A stretch of DNA of 64,000 nt, taken from Eubacteriales bacterium. GTDB taxonomy: Bacteria; Bacillota; Clostridia; Oscillospirales; CAG-272. This document shows, piece by piece, positions 37,151 to 46,248 of this stretch (within the stretch, counting starts at the first letter, position 1; each line of letters begins with the position of its first letter). The position numbers were made by a program, and so were the translations under genes. Location: contig JAZUSJ010000081.1 of NCBI GenBank assembly GCA_045606685.1, positions 10,439-74,438 on the forward strand, written 5' to 3'. The notes below the pieces were generated by a model. It searched no databases and was not told the origin of the DNA. It saw nothing but the letters and a program-made list of their open reading frames with translations.

Positions 37151-39496
37151 ATGAAACAGAGTATACGGATCGACGATTGGAAGCTTGCTTGGATAGAAAA
37201 CGCACAAGTAAAAAAAGAAAAGATATCCCTGAAAACGCCTGCTGACGTTGCGTGCGGTGGATATAAAACAATTCGCGCAAGTGTTCCCGGGAATTTTGAA
37301 TTGGATTTTATGCGTGAAGGTATGATTGAAGACGTATATTGGGGACAGAATACGGTTAAAACGCAGCGTCTTGAGAATTTGCATCTGTATTATTATACCG
37401 AATTTTCTTTTAAAAAAAACGATGGCATGGACTCAGAGCTTGTATTTGGCGGAATTGACACGGCTGCCGAGATCTATCTTGACGGTACGCTTCTCGGATT
37501 TGTCGAGAACATGTTCCATGCCCATACATTCAATATCAATGGCCTTGAAGATGGTAAGCATACTTTGCTTGTGCATATTCTGCCTTCTGCCATCTACGCA
37601 AGAGAATTTGACGTGCCTGCTATGTGCTTTGGTCTGAAGTACAATCAGGACGGGATTCAGCTGCGAAAGGCCGGTTCCATGTTCGGCTGGGATATTATGC
37701 CTCGTCTTGTTTCGGGAGGCCTTTGGAAACCTGTTGAAATCGTCTATAAGCCCCAAAATCGCATCGTGGATCCGTTCACCTATACCATGTGGGCAAATGA
37801 GCATGATGCCTATATCTGCACCACGCTACGTATTCAGAGCGATGAGGATTTTATTTCTGATTTCAGAGTGATTTTGCACGGTGAATGTGGCGATAGCGTG
37901 ATACACCATGAATACAGACCTTTCTGCGCGTCCTGTAAGATTCAGTTCGGATTTTTGGCACCCAAGCTGTGGTGGCCCAAGAATTACGGGGAACAGAATA
38001 TGTACGATATGGAAATCAAGCTTGTCAAGGATGGCGTGGAATACGATAGCGTCAAATATCGCTTCGGTATCCGCACGCTGCATCTCAAGCGTACCTCCTG
38101 CTCCGGTGATGACGGAGATTTCTGCTTTATCGTCAATGGAAAACGCATTTTTGCAATGGGCACGAACTGGGTACCTTGCGATGCGTTTCCTTCAAGACAC
38201 GACGACTACACGCTGCGCAATATCAAGCTTGCAGACGAACAGGGCTGCAATATGATCCGCTGCTGGGGCGGCAACGTGTATCCGAGTGACGTGCTATATG
38301 ATTATTGTGACGAGCATGGCATTATGATCTGGCAGGATTTCAGCTTTGCATGCGGCCACTATCCGGATGATGAGCGTCTTTGCAAGCTTGTCAAGGAGGA
38401 GATCAAGCATATCGCCATTGAAAAGCGCAATCACCCCTCACTCGTTTTGTGGGCAGGGGATAACGAGTGTGATATTTTTGTTGTGCCTTACTGGGAGCAG
38501 CACAGAACGGACGACGATCCTGTAGCAATGCTTGATCCCAACTACAACGTGATCACGCGTGACATGATTCTGCACGAGCTGCGCAATCATGACGCAACTC
38601 GTCCGTATCTGCCAAGCTCTCCTTACCTTGATGCAACCGCATACAAATACGGTATGCCCTCTGAGGATCACCTCTGGGGACCGCGCGACTATTTCAAGGG
38701 GGATTTTTACGGGAATTCGGAGTGCCATTTCGCATCCGAGATCGGATATCACGGTTGTCCTTCACCCGAATCGATCAAGAAGTTTATTCCCGAAGAGAGC
38801 TTGCCCAAGGAGTCCATTTATGAGATCTGCGACAATCCGGATTGGCTGATCCACGCAGCAGGTATAGAACCCTACTTGGACGGTAATCCTTATTTTTACC
38901 GTAACAGACTGATGGTCAGTCAGGTTGAGCGCTTGTTCGGTACACCCTCAAACGAACTTGGTGAATTTGCAAGACAAAGCCAGGTGTCGCAGGCTGAGGC
39001 GGTCAAGTATTTCATCGAAAGATTCAGAATTCACAAATGGAGAATGAGCGGCATTCTTTGGTGGAATATTGCAGACGGATGGCCGCAGGTATCCGACGCT
39101 GTTGTTGACTGGTATGGATGCAAAAAGATTGCTTATCACTATATCAAACGCTCTCAAACACCTTTCTGCTTGATGTTTGATGAGCCTGTGGACGGTCAGC
39201 TTACGCTTGTTGCTGCAAACGACACGCAAGCGGAGGTACACGCAAGCTACACAGTGACGGATCTGACGACGAATCATACCATTACAAAGGGGAATCTTGT
39301 GTTAGAAGCAAACGGCTGCGCTCGCATAGAAAAGGTTCCGGAAACAAAGAACGGCTTCTACATGATCACATGGGAAAGCGACGCCGGTAACGGTCAAAAC
39401 CATTTTACCTGTACCATTGGCGATGGCTGGACGTGGGAGGCATACCGTGCCTGCATGCAAAAGGCCGGCTTCTATGAAGAGTACGAGGGATTCTGA
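37151..39496 (+). CDS. glycoside hydrolase family 2, beta-mannosidase-like
   Basis: FIVNGKRIFAMGTNWVPCDAF...NMIRCWGGNVYPSDVLYDYCDEHGIMIWQDFSFAC...HPSLVLWAGDNE...FASEIGYHGCPS. It starts 18 nt after the polC stop. Confidence 0.88.
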   Translation: MKQSIRIDDWKLAWIENAQVKKEKISLKTPADVACGGYKTIRASVPGNFELDFMREGMIEDVYWGQNTVKTQRLENLHLYYYTEFSFKKNDGMDSELVFGGIDTAAEIYLDGTLLGFVENMFHAHTFNINGLEDGKHTLLVHILPSAIYAREFDVPAMCFGLKYNQDGIQLRKAGSMFGWDIMPRLVSGGLWKPVEIVYKPQNRIVDPFTYTMWANEHDAYICTTLRIQSDEDFISDFRVILHGECGDSVIHHEYRPFCASCKIQFGFLAPKLWWPKNYGEQNMYDMEIKLVKDGVEYDSVKYRFGIRTLHLKRTSCSGDDGDFCFIVNGKRIFAMGTNWVPCDAFPSRHDDYTLRNIKLADEQGCNMIRCWGGNVYPSDVLYDYCDEHGIMIWQDFSFACGHYPDDERLCKLVKEEIKHIAIEKRNHPSLVLWAGDNECDIFVVPYWEQHRTDDDPVAMLDPNYNVITRDMILHELRNHDATRPYLPSSPYLDATAYKYGMPSEDHLWGPRDYFKGDFYGNSECHFASEIGYHGCPSPESIKKFIPEESLPKESIYEICDNPDWLIHAAGIEPYLDGNPYFYRNRLMVSQVERLFGTPSNELGEFARQSQVSQAEAVKYFIERFRIHKWRMSGILWWNIADGWPQVSDAVVDWYGCKKIAYHYIKRSQTPFCLMFDEPVDGQLTLVAANDTQAEVHASYTVTDLTTNHTITKGNLVLEANGCARIEKVPETKNGFYMITWESDAGNGQNHFTCTIGDGWTWEAYRACMQKAGFYEEYEGF

Positions 39497-39506
39497 TTCA
39501 TATCAA

Positions 39507-39536
39507 AGAACACCGCAGAGAATTCTGCGGTGTTCT
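39507..39536. terminator. perfect 12-bp hairpin between convergent genes (terminator-like; weak U-tracts)
   Basis: AGAACACCGCAG-AGAATT-CTGCGGTGTTCT. Confidence 0.5.
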
Positions 39537-39574
39537 GCATGATAGAGTCCTTGATCATTGTTGGATCAGGGAGC

Positions 39575-40735
39575 TTATGATAGTTTATTCACCCAAGCTG
39601 CCCAACGAGGATCTGCTTTGATCTCTTCTTCAATATCCGAAAAATCCGGATAACACCAAAACGGCCAGTCAACAGCCAGATCCTTGACCGCACCTTTTAC
39701 ATGATCCGGTGTATAACGGACGAATGAAACAAGCGGCGCTGTAAGACTGTGTTCAGCCCCGTCAAATACTGCTTCATACGCTTTTTCATGTTCAAGTGCC
39801 ATATCAAGCGAAACAAAAGCGTCATCACAATACCCGCGGGCATACTGAAGCCTGGAAAGGTAAAGATAAAGCTTGGCAACAAAATCATGATATTCGCCCA
39901 TATTACCGTCATCACAGATCAAATCAAAATTAGCAATCGCTCCTTTTACTTTGTCAATAGGCATATCGCTTTCAAAATTATTACTGTTCGCAATCAGACC
40001 AAATATCAGTTGCTCAGCAAATTCTTTTGCACAGCAAAGAAGGAATTGGCCAATATAAGCGGCCTGTTGCTTTCCGTCTGTACCGTCTGCAAGTAAATAT
40101 TCGCGACATTGCTGGATTCCGGGCATGTCTTTTGCATGCGCTATCGCTTTATCATACCGGCCGGTATTACGGTATAACATGACCAGAATACTTACAGCAC
40201 GTGTTCGGAAGCATGCAATGGTGGTATTTTCAGCAAGATGCTCACATATTTTTATACTTTCTTGCCAATACGGGTTGTTTACATGTCTTTGATGATCATG
40301 CTGAATGAATCCTTGTTCATCATAATAAAGATGTTCGCCGTATCGCCTCCATCCCATTTCGCACAATGTGTCTGCAAGTTCAATCATGATTGACTCATTA
40401 TCAGGGAACTCTGCAAGACCGTTTCTCAGTAAAGTCAGACATTCATCAAACCATATCCCATCATTGCGATAGCGCAAATTGTATTCGTGCGCCTTATCTA
40501 AAATGGTATTGATCTTTACTTGCCTGTCATTATCGTAACCAAACAAATGATCAATAGAAACGCCAAAATAGTTTGCAATAGCCGGAACAATCTCCATATC
40601 CGGATAACTGCCCCCCGACTCCCAGCGAGATACCGCTTGCGATGTAACGCCCAAAGCATCTGCCAACATTTCCTGTGTGCGCCTGTCGCGATGCCTTAAT
40701 TCGCGTATTTTATTTCCAATATTCAGTTGCATCAT
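39575..40735 (-). CDS. XRE-family HTH transcriptional regulator with a long helical (TPR-like) C-terminal domain
   Basis: IGNKIRELRHRDRRTQEMLADALGVTSQAVSRWESGGSYPDMEIVPAIANYFGVSIDHLFG, then about 310 helix-rich residues. The start may instead be the second ATG at 40732, which has better RBS spacing. Confidence 0.85.
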   Translation of the reverse strand: MMQLNIGNKIRELRHRDRRTQEMLADALGVTSQAVSRWESGGSYPDMEIVPAIANYFGVSIDHLFGYDNDRQVKINTILDKAHEYNLRYRNDGIWFDECLTLLRNGLAEFPDNESIMIELADTLCEMGWRRYGEHLYYDEQGFIQHDHQRHVNNPYWQESIKICEHLAENTTIACFRTRAVSILVMLYRNTGRYDKAIAHAKDMPGIQQCREYLLADGTDGKQQAAYIGQFLLCCAKEFAEQLIFGLIANSNNFESDMPIDKVKGAIANFDLICDDGNMGEYHDFVAKLYLYLSRLQYARGYCDDAFVSLDMALEHEKAYEAVFDGAEHSLTAPLVSFVRYTPDHVKGAVKDLAVDWPFWCYPDFSDIEEEIKADPRWAAWVNKLS

Positions 40736-40934
40736 AATCTCCTTTATTCATTCGTTATCACCGGTGTAATTGTATTATACATCATCTCTGACTGAAAAAC
40801 AATTATCAAATGGTTGTTTCAAATACAACCGATGTTTGGATGATATCAATACTATCAAAACTTTTGATTATTATGAACCTTTTTTTGCTCAAAAACAACT
40901 TATCCATCAGCGAATATGCGCTTTGAATATTGAA

Positions 40935-40974
40935 AAGAACCCAGCCAGTATCAAACAGGCCGGGTTCTTTTTTG
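40935..40974. terminator. terminator hairpin downstream of the DUF4956 gene
   Basis: AAGAACCCAGCC...GGCCGGGTTCTT (one mismatch), with T-runs on both strands. Confidence 0.6.
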
Positions 40975-40981
40975 TGCAATA

Positions 40982-41704
40982 TCAATCGTCGGATGCTCTT
41001 TGTGTGATGGAAATGTTGAGGTTGCCGTTGCGGACGCGCAGATCGTCCAAAAGAGCCTTTTGCGCGTTTTTGTCCTTGAGGCGGATTCTGTAGCGAAGCT
41101 CATTGAGCGTACCGTACTCAACGGATTTTACTCTCTCAAGATTGTAAGTCTTGCAATACTGTTTGAGAACAGGATCAAACACACCTGCAAAATCAAGAGA
41201 TTCGGGAATCATGATGGTCAATCTCATCGAACCGCCGCCGATCTTGTCAAAGCCGGTCAGGGTAGCAATCATAATGACTGCAAGAATGATACCGATCGCA
41301 ATGGCAGCAAAGCCAATACCGCCCGTACCGCAAGCCATACCGACTGCTGCGGACAAATAAATGAAGATCAGGTCCTTGGGGTTTTCCACAGAATGTCTGA
41401 AACGGATCAGCGCAAGACCACCGCCAATACTGATCGCACGCGCCAGGTTGGAGCCGACTGCGATTACGATAACCGATACGATGGGGCCCATCAGAAGAAT
41501 GGTCATCAGAGATTTGGTAGAATAACCGGTTTTGCGATTGGCGAATATGTAAACAAGGGTGACAAGCAGACACATACCGATGCTCGCACCGATCAGTGCA
41601 AGCGTTTTGCCAAGCGTCAACGTGGAAATGCCGGTGCTGGCAGTGTCATAATAAATCTCAATGTTTACCAGTAGCTGGTTAAAAAAGTTTTGTAATGCTT
41701 GCAT
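40982..41704 (-). CDS. DUF4956-domain membrane protein
   Basis: 4-5 TM helices. LIRFRHSVENPKDLIFIYLSAAVGMACGTGG matches my recollection of the DUF4956 core. RBS AAAGGAG. Confidence 0.75.
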   Translation of the reverse strand: MQALQNFFNQLLVNIEIYYDTASTGISTLTLGKTLALIGASIGMCLLVTLVYIFANRKTGYSTKSLMTILLMGPIVSVIVIAVGSNLARAISIGGGLALIRFRHSVENPKDLIFIYLSAAVGMACGTGGIGFAAIAIGIILAVIMIATLTGFDKIGGGSMRLTIMIPESLDFAGVFDPVLKQYCKTYNLERVKSVEYGTLNELRYRIRLKDKNAQKALLDDLRVRNGNLNISITQRASDD

Positions 41705-41719
41705 ATTTGAAAATCTCCT

Positions 41720-42469
41720 TTATAAAAAGCCGGTCAACAAAAACTCGTCGATGCCGTTCTTTTTCAGTACTGTTTTTTTCAGATCCGTGCCGATTTTGGA
41801 AAACGTGTGGAACGAAAGGCCAAATTCATTCATGATATCCACGAACCACATGGGAACTGCTCCGGAAAACTTGACTTCAAGCAGCGCCAGATCCGGGGGC
41901 AGCAGGGGATCACCGTATCTACCACTTTCCAGCGAAAGATCGTGTCTTCTTGATATAATATCAAAATCAAACGTCACGCGAAAATTGGGATCCTCCTTGC
42001 CAAAATATGCATACCGTTGATAGCTGACGTATGCAACCGGCTCGACTGGGGTATGCGAAAGATAATAGTCAATCTCACGCAACACCTGCGTGTTGATGAA
42101 CTTGGTGTCCTCGGGATACGCACGATGCTCCAGAAAAGCATACACCTCGCAAAGTTTCAGCTTTGCGCGCCGCTTTGTTCCGATGCCTTGCAGCTTCTTT
42201 TTCAGCTCCAAAAACACCTTGGTATCCGCATCGGGTGTGCCATAACTGCGCAGTCTGAGCTTTTCCTTGTATTTGGGAAGCTGTACCGAATTCCTGATAA
42301 CGTCATTATTCTGATTGTCGAAATAGAGATTGCAGATCGTGTAGGGCTTGCCGTCCTTGTTATAGGGATCGGCATTCATATACTCTTCGATCCTTTGCCT
42401 GAGTGGCTCGGCAAGGCTTGCATCGAACAGTATTTTCTTCTCTCTGCGTTGGAACGTGTTTTCTGCCAA
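41720..42469 (-). CDS. VTC-domain (polyphosphate polymerase-like, triphosphate tunnel) protein
   Basis: FQRREKKILF...YTICNLYFDN...YKEKLRLRSYG...VFLELKKK...TKRRAKL...LLEVKFSG fits the VTC/TTM beta-strand pattern. I prefer the TTG at 42469, 7 nt after GAGGAGG, over the ORF-track TTG at 42490. Confidence 0.75.
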   Translation of the reverse strand: MAENTFQRREKKILFDASLAEPLRQRIEEYMNADPYNKDGKPYTICNLYFDNQNNDVIRNSVQLPKYKEKLRLRSYGTPDADTKVFLELKKKLQGIGTKRRAKLKLCEVYAFLEHRAYPEDTKFINTQVLREIDYYLSHTPVEPVAYVSYQRYAYFGKEDPNFRVTFDFDIISRRHDLSLESGRYGDPLLPPDLALLEVKFSGAVPMWFVDIMNEFGLSFHTFSKIGTDLKKTVLKKNGIDEFLLTGFL

Positions 42470-42585
42470 ACCGTCACCTCCTCGTGTCAATCTCTGGTCA
42501 TTCTACCACGAATAGTTGAACGCATGGTGAACTTAGCATGAACGCGTCATGACTTTTGATCGATTTGCATAAATATATAGGAGTA

Positions 42586-43968
42586 TTATTCTGCTTTTGT
42601 CAGAATGTTGCGCAACTCTTCAATCTGCTTGATCACACTTTGCGGTGCAGGCCCACCGTAGCAAGCGCGTCCTGCAACACAGGTATCGGGATCGATTGCT
42701 GCATATACGTCATTTTCAAATATGGGATCAGCTGATTTGTATTCTTCAAGCGTCAGAGTTTCAAGAGTTTTGTTGTTTTGAATGCAATACGCGACAAGCG
42801 TACCGACCACCTTGTATGCACTGCGGAAGGGAAGTCCTTTTTTTACCATGTAGTCTGCACAATCCGTTGCGTTGATAAAGCCCTTGGAAACAGCTTCACG
42901 CAGCGTTTGGGTACGAAATGTCGCTGTTTCAAGCATGGAAGCGAACAACTCAAGGCATATCTTGGCTGTATCTACAGCATCAAATACTGCTTCCTTGTCC
43001 TCCTGCATATCCTTGTTGTATGCAAGCGGAATGCCTTTCATAACAGTCAGAAGCGTGGTCAGATCCCCGTAAACGCGTCCCGTTTTGCCGCGCACCAGCT
43101 CGGCAATATCGGGATTCTTCTTTTGCGGCATGATAGAAGAACCGGTAGAGTATGCGTCATCCAGCTCCACGAATCCGAATTCGGAGGAAGACCACAAAAT
43201 GATCTCCTCGGAAAAACGCGACAGGTGCATCATCACGATCGAAAGCGCACTGAGAAGCTCGATGGCATAGTCACGGTCGGAAACACCGTCCATACTGTTT
43301 GCGCAAACGCTTTCAAAGCCCAAAAGATCGGCTACCATAAAACGGTCGATCGGATAGGTCGTGCCTGCAAGTGCGCACGATCCCAATGGGAGAACATTCA
43401 TATACTTGGCAACATCGTCAAGTCTTCGAGCGTCACGTGCAAACATTTGTCCGTAAGCCAGCAGGTAATGACCAAGCGTCACCGGCTGCGCACGCTGGAG
43501 ATGCGTGTATCCCGGCATAATATCACCTGCGTGCTGCTCGGATTTATTGCAGATCACCTCAATCAGATGATATACCAGTGCCTTAAGCTCGGATATTTCA
43601 TCGCGCAGATACAAACGAAGATCAAGAGCAACCTGGTCATTTCTGCTTCTTGCGGTATGCAGTCGTTTGCCAACGTCACCGATGCGGCTTGTCAGCTCGG
43701 ATTCTACAAACATGTGAATATCCTCGGCTGTCATATCAAAATCAAGCGCACCACTGTCAAGATCTGCGAGGATCTCCTGAAGCGTTTTACAGATCAAAGC
43801 AGCGTCCTCTTGCGAAATAATGCCGCAGTTTCCAAGCATGGTAGCGTGTGCAATCGATCCCGTAATATCTTGCTTATACATTCTGCAATCGAAATGAATG
43901 GATGAATTGAAGTCGTTTACACGACTGTTCAGCTGCTTTTGAAAGCGGCCTGCCCACATGGTATTCAT
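42586..43968 (-). CDS. argH: argininosuccinate lyase
   Basis: MWAGRFQK...TARSRNDQVALDLRL...GYTHLQRAQPVT...GSSIMPQKKNPD. Confidence 0.97.
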   Translation of the reverse strand: MNTMWAGRFQKQLNSRVNDFNSSIHFDCRMYKQDITGSIAHATMLGNCGIISQEDAALICKTLQEILADLDSGALDFDMTAEDIHMFVESELTSRIGDVGKRLHTARSRNDQVALDLRLYLRDEISELKALVYHLIEVICNKSEQHAGDIMPGYTHLQRAQPVTLGHYLLAYGQMFARDARRLDDVAKYMNVLPLGSCALAGTTYPIDRFMVADLLGFESVCANSMDGVSDRDYAIELLSALSIVMMHLSRFSEEIILWSSSEFGFVELDDAYSTGSSIMPQKKNPDIAELVRGKTGRVYGDLTTLLTVMKGIPLAYNKDMQEDKEAVFDAVDTAKICLELFASMLETATFRTQTLREAVSKGFINATDCADYMVKKGLPFRSAYKVVGTLVAYCIQNNKTLETLTLEEYKSADPIFENDVYAAIDPDTCVAGRACYGGPAPQSVIKQIEELRNILTKAE

Positions 43969-43998
43969 GATTATGTATCCTTTCTATCTATCAAACGA

Positions 43999-44025
43999 GG
44001 GGTGTCTTTGTCATAAAGACACCCC
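43999..44025 (-). other. 11-bp perfect hairpin in the argG-argH intergenic spacer
   Basis: GGGGTGTCTTT-ATGAC-AAAGACACCCC on the minus strand, with no strong U-tract after it. Confidence 0.6.
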
Positions 44026-44032
44026 GAAATGA

Positions 44033-45259
44033 TTATTTATTCTTTTGTGCATCCAGCATTGCCTTGACCTTGATCGGCAGACCGTACAGATTGATAAATC
44101 CTGCAGAATCCTTTTGATCATAAGCACCGCCATCTTCACCAAAGGATGCGATGGTCTCGCTGTAAAGGGAATTGGGGGAAGTGACACCTGCATTGATAAT
44201 GTTGCCCTTATAGAGCTTGAGCTTTACGTCGCCGCTGACGCTTTCCTGCGTCTTATCAACGAATGCGGAAAGAGCTTCACGCAAAGGCGTAAACCATTGT
44301 CCGTTATAAACCAGCTCACCAAATTTGATCGCGATCTGCTGTTTGTAATGCTGGGTGTCACGGTCAAGTGTGATGGATTCCAGCACCTTATGTGCATGGT
44401 ACAAAATGGTTCCGCCGGGCGTTTCGTAAACACCGCGGCTCTTCATGCCGACCAGACGGTTTTCTACCAGATCAAGCAGACCAATGCCGTGTGCGCCACC
44501 CAGCTTGTTGAGCTTTTCTACCAATGCCACGCTATCCATTTGCTGTCCGTCAATGGCAACGGGAATGCCTTTTTCAAACGTGATCGTCAAATAAGCGGGA
44601 GTATCGGGAGCCTGCTCGGGAGCTACACCAAGCTCTAAGAATCCCGGCTTGCTGTACTGCGGTTCGTTCGCAGGATCTTCCAGATCAAGTCCTTCATGAG
44701 AGAGATGCCAGATATTCTTATCCTTGGAATAGTTGGTCTCGCGGCTGATCTTCAAGGGAATATTGTGCGCTTCCGCATAGTCGATTTCCTCATCGCGGGA
44801 TTTGATATCCCAAACACGCCAAGGAGCAATGATTTGCATGTCGGGTGCAAAAGCCTTGATGGTTAATTCAAAGCGTACCTGATCGTTGCCCTTACCGGTG
44901 CAGCCGTGGCAGATCGCATCAGCACCTTCTTTAATAGCAATCTCAGCAAGTCCCTTAGCAATACAAGGACGTGCATGGGATGTTCCCAGCAAATATTCTT
45001 CATAAGAAGCGCCTGCTTTCAGGCAAGGATATATGTAATTCTCAATGTAGTCCTTTTTCAGATCCAGCACGTACAGCTTGGAGGCACCGGTCTTAATCGC
45101 TTTTTCTTCCAGACCGTCAAGCTCAGTCCCTTGACCTACGTCACCGGAAACTGCGATGACTTCGCATCCGGGATAATTTTCTTTGAGCCACGGAATGATA
45201 ATGGATGTGTCAAGACCGCCGGAATACGCGAGAACGATTTTTTTGATTTCTTTTTTCAT
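44033..45259 (-). CDS. argG: argininosuccinate synthase
   Basis: [14 protein letters not shown]...[13 protein letters not shown]...[13 protein letters not shown]-like motifs. ATG at 45259; the ORF-track extension to 45313 is rejected. Confidence 0.96.
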   Translation of the reverse strand: MKKEIKKIVLAYSGGLDTSIIIPWLKENYPGCEVIAVSGDVGQGTELDGLEEKAIKTGASKLYVLDLKKDYIENYIYPCLKAGASYEEYLLGTSHARPCIAKGLAEIAIKEGADAICHGCTGKGNDQVRFELTIKAFAPDMQIIAPWRVWDIKSRDEEIDYAEAHNIPLKISRETNYSKDKNIWHLSHEGLDLEDPANEPQYSKPGFLELGVAPEQAPDTPAYLTITFEKGIPVAIDGQQMDSVALVEKLNKLGGAHGIGLLDLVENRLVGMKSRGVYETPGGTILYHAHKVLESITLDRDTQHYKQQIAIKFGELVYNGQWFTPLREALSAFVDKTQESVSGDVKLKLYKGNIINAGVTSPNSLYSETIASFGEDGGAYDQKDSAGFINLYGLPIKVKAMLDAQKNK

Positions 45260-45274
45260 GGTAATTGCCTTTCG

Positions 45275-45365
45275 TTTTGGGAATTCAAAATATGAATATA
45301 TTATACTGCACAATTATGCAAATTTCAATAGTAATATTCAACAATATTGCATATATATTCATATG
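45275..45365. promoter_or_regulatory. cluster of ARG-box-like AT-rich palindromes upstream of argG (putative ArgR/AhrC operator)
   Basis: TATGAATATATTATACTG (45291-45308), AATAGTAATATTCAACAA (45327-45344) and TTGCATATATATTCATAT (45347-45364) resemble the ARG box TNTGAATWWWWATTCANW. Confidence 0.45.
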
Positions 45366-45450
45366 GAATTTGACTAATATTTACGGATTTCATTTCCATG
45401 CAACAATCCGTTAAAACTATTCATAATAAATAGAGAAAGGAGTTGATCGC

Positions 45451-46248
45451 GTGCTGAAAACGGTAAAGAAAAAAATTTGGGGCGCTTTCTGTATATTTTT
45501 AGTAATATGCACTATATTATGCATATATGCAAGTGCTGATACGGCCTTGCATTGGTATTGTAAGCGTAATGCGCAACACAAGCAACCTCTGCTTGATCCC
45601 GCCTATTCCATGATCGAAGAATATCAGTGCGTTTACGTGGATAAGGCTCATAACCAAGAATCCACCGACAAAGTAGTATATCTCACATTTGATGCGGGTT
45701 ACGAAAACGGAAATGTGGAAAAGATTCTCGATATTCTGAGGGATGAGAATATATGCGGAGCTTTTTTTATTCTTGACAATCTGATCAAAAGAAATCCGGA
45801 GCTGGTAAAACGAATGGCTGATGAAGGACATTTGGTGTGTAACCATACAAGCAATCACAAGAATATCACAAAGGTTTCAAAGCAGGATCTTATCAAAGAG
45901 ATCAGGACGCTTGAACAATCCTATACGAATTTGACGGGCAAGCAAATGGCTCCGTACTTTCGGCCGCCCGAAGGTACGTTTGATCGGAATTCTTTGTCAA
46001 TCATCAGCGATTACGGATACAAAACGGTTTTCTGGAGCTTTGCTTACGCGGATTGGGATAACGGAAATCAAATGAGTCCCGAAGCAGCAAAAAAGAAGAT
46101 TTTTGAAAATCTGCACAACGGAGAGATCATGCTGCTGCACCCCACCTCTGCTACCAATGCCGGGATTCTCCGCGATGTGATCGTAGAATTAAAAAACATG
46201 GGCTATAGATTCGGCTCTTTGGACGAGCTTTCATTTGAGCAATCATGA
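45451..46248 (+). CDS. polysaccharide deacetylase, PdaA-like (delta-lactam-biosynthetic de-N-acetylase family)
   Basis: VVYLTFDAGYENGNVEKILDILRDENICGAFFILDNLIKRNPELVKRMADEGHLVCNHTSNH is collinear with the B. subtilis PdaA core as I recall it. GTG start after GAAAGGAG. N-terminal TM/signal segment. Confidence 0.8.
   Translation: MLKTVKKKIWGAFCIFLVICTILCIYASADTALHWYCKRNAQHKQPLLDPAYSMIEEYQCVYVDKAHNQESTDKVVYLTFDAGYENGNVEKILDILRDENICGAFFILDNLIKRNPELVKRMADEGHLVCNHTSNHKNITKVSKQDLIKEIRTLEQSYTNLTGKQMAPYFRPPEGTFDRNSLSIISDYGYKTVFWSFAYADWDNGNQMSPEAAKKKIFENLHNGEIMLLHPTSATNAGILRDVIVELKNMGYRFGSLDELSFEQS

Noticed and set aside
40770-41093. 107-aa plus-strand ORF upstream of the second XRE regulator, considered as a partner or peptide gene
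   Set aside because: It has no RBS and runs across a terminator hairpin into the DUF4956 gene on the opposite strand. The translation looks random.
42778-43905. 375-aa plus-strand ORF inside argH
   Set aside because: It is antisense to a full-length argininosuccinate lyase, and its translation has no recognisable features.
45422-45428. CATAATA upstream of the pdaA-like gene considered as a forespore sigma (F/G) -10 element
   Set aside because: I could not find a matching -35 (GHATR) at 17-18 nt spacing. The region is AT-rich, so a chance match is likely.
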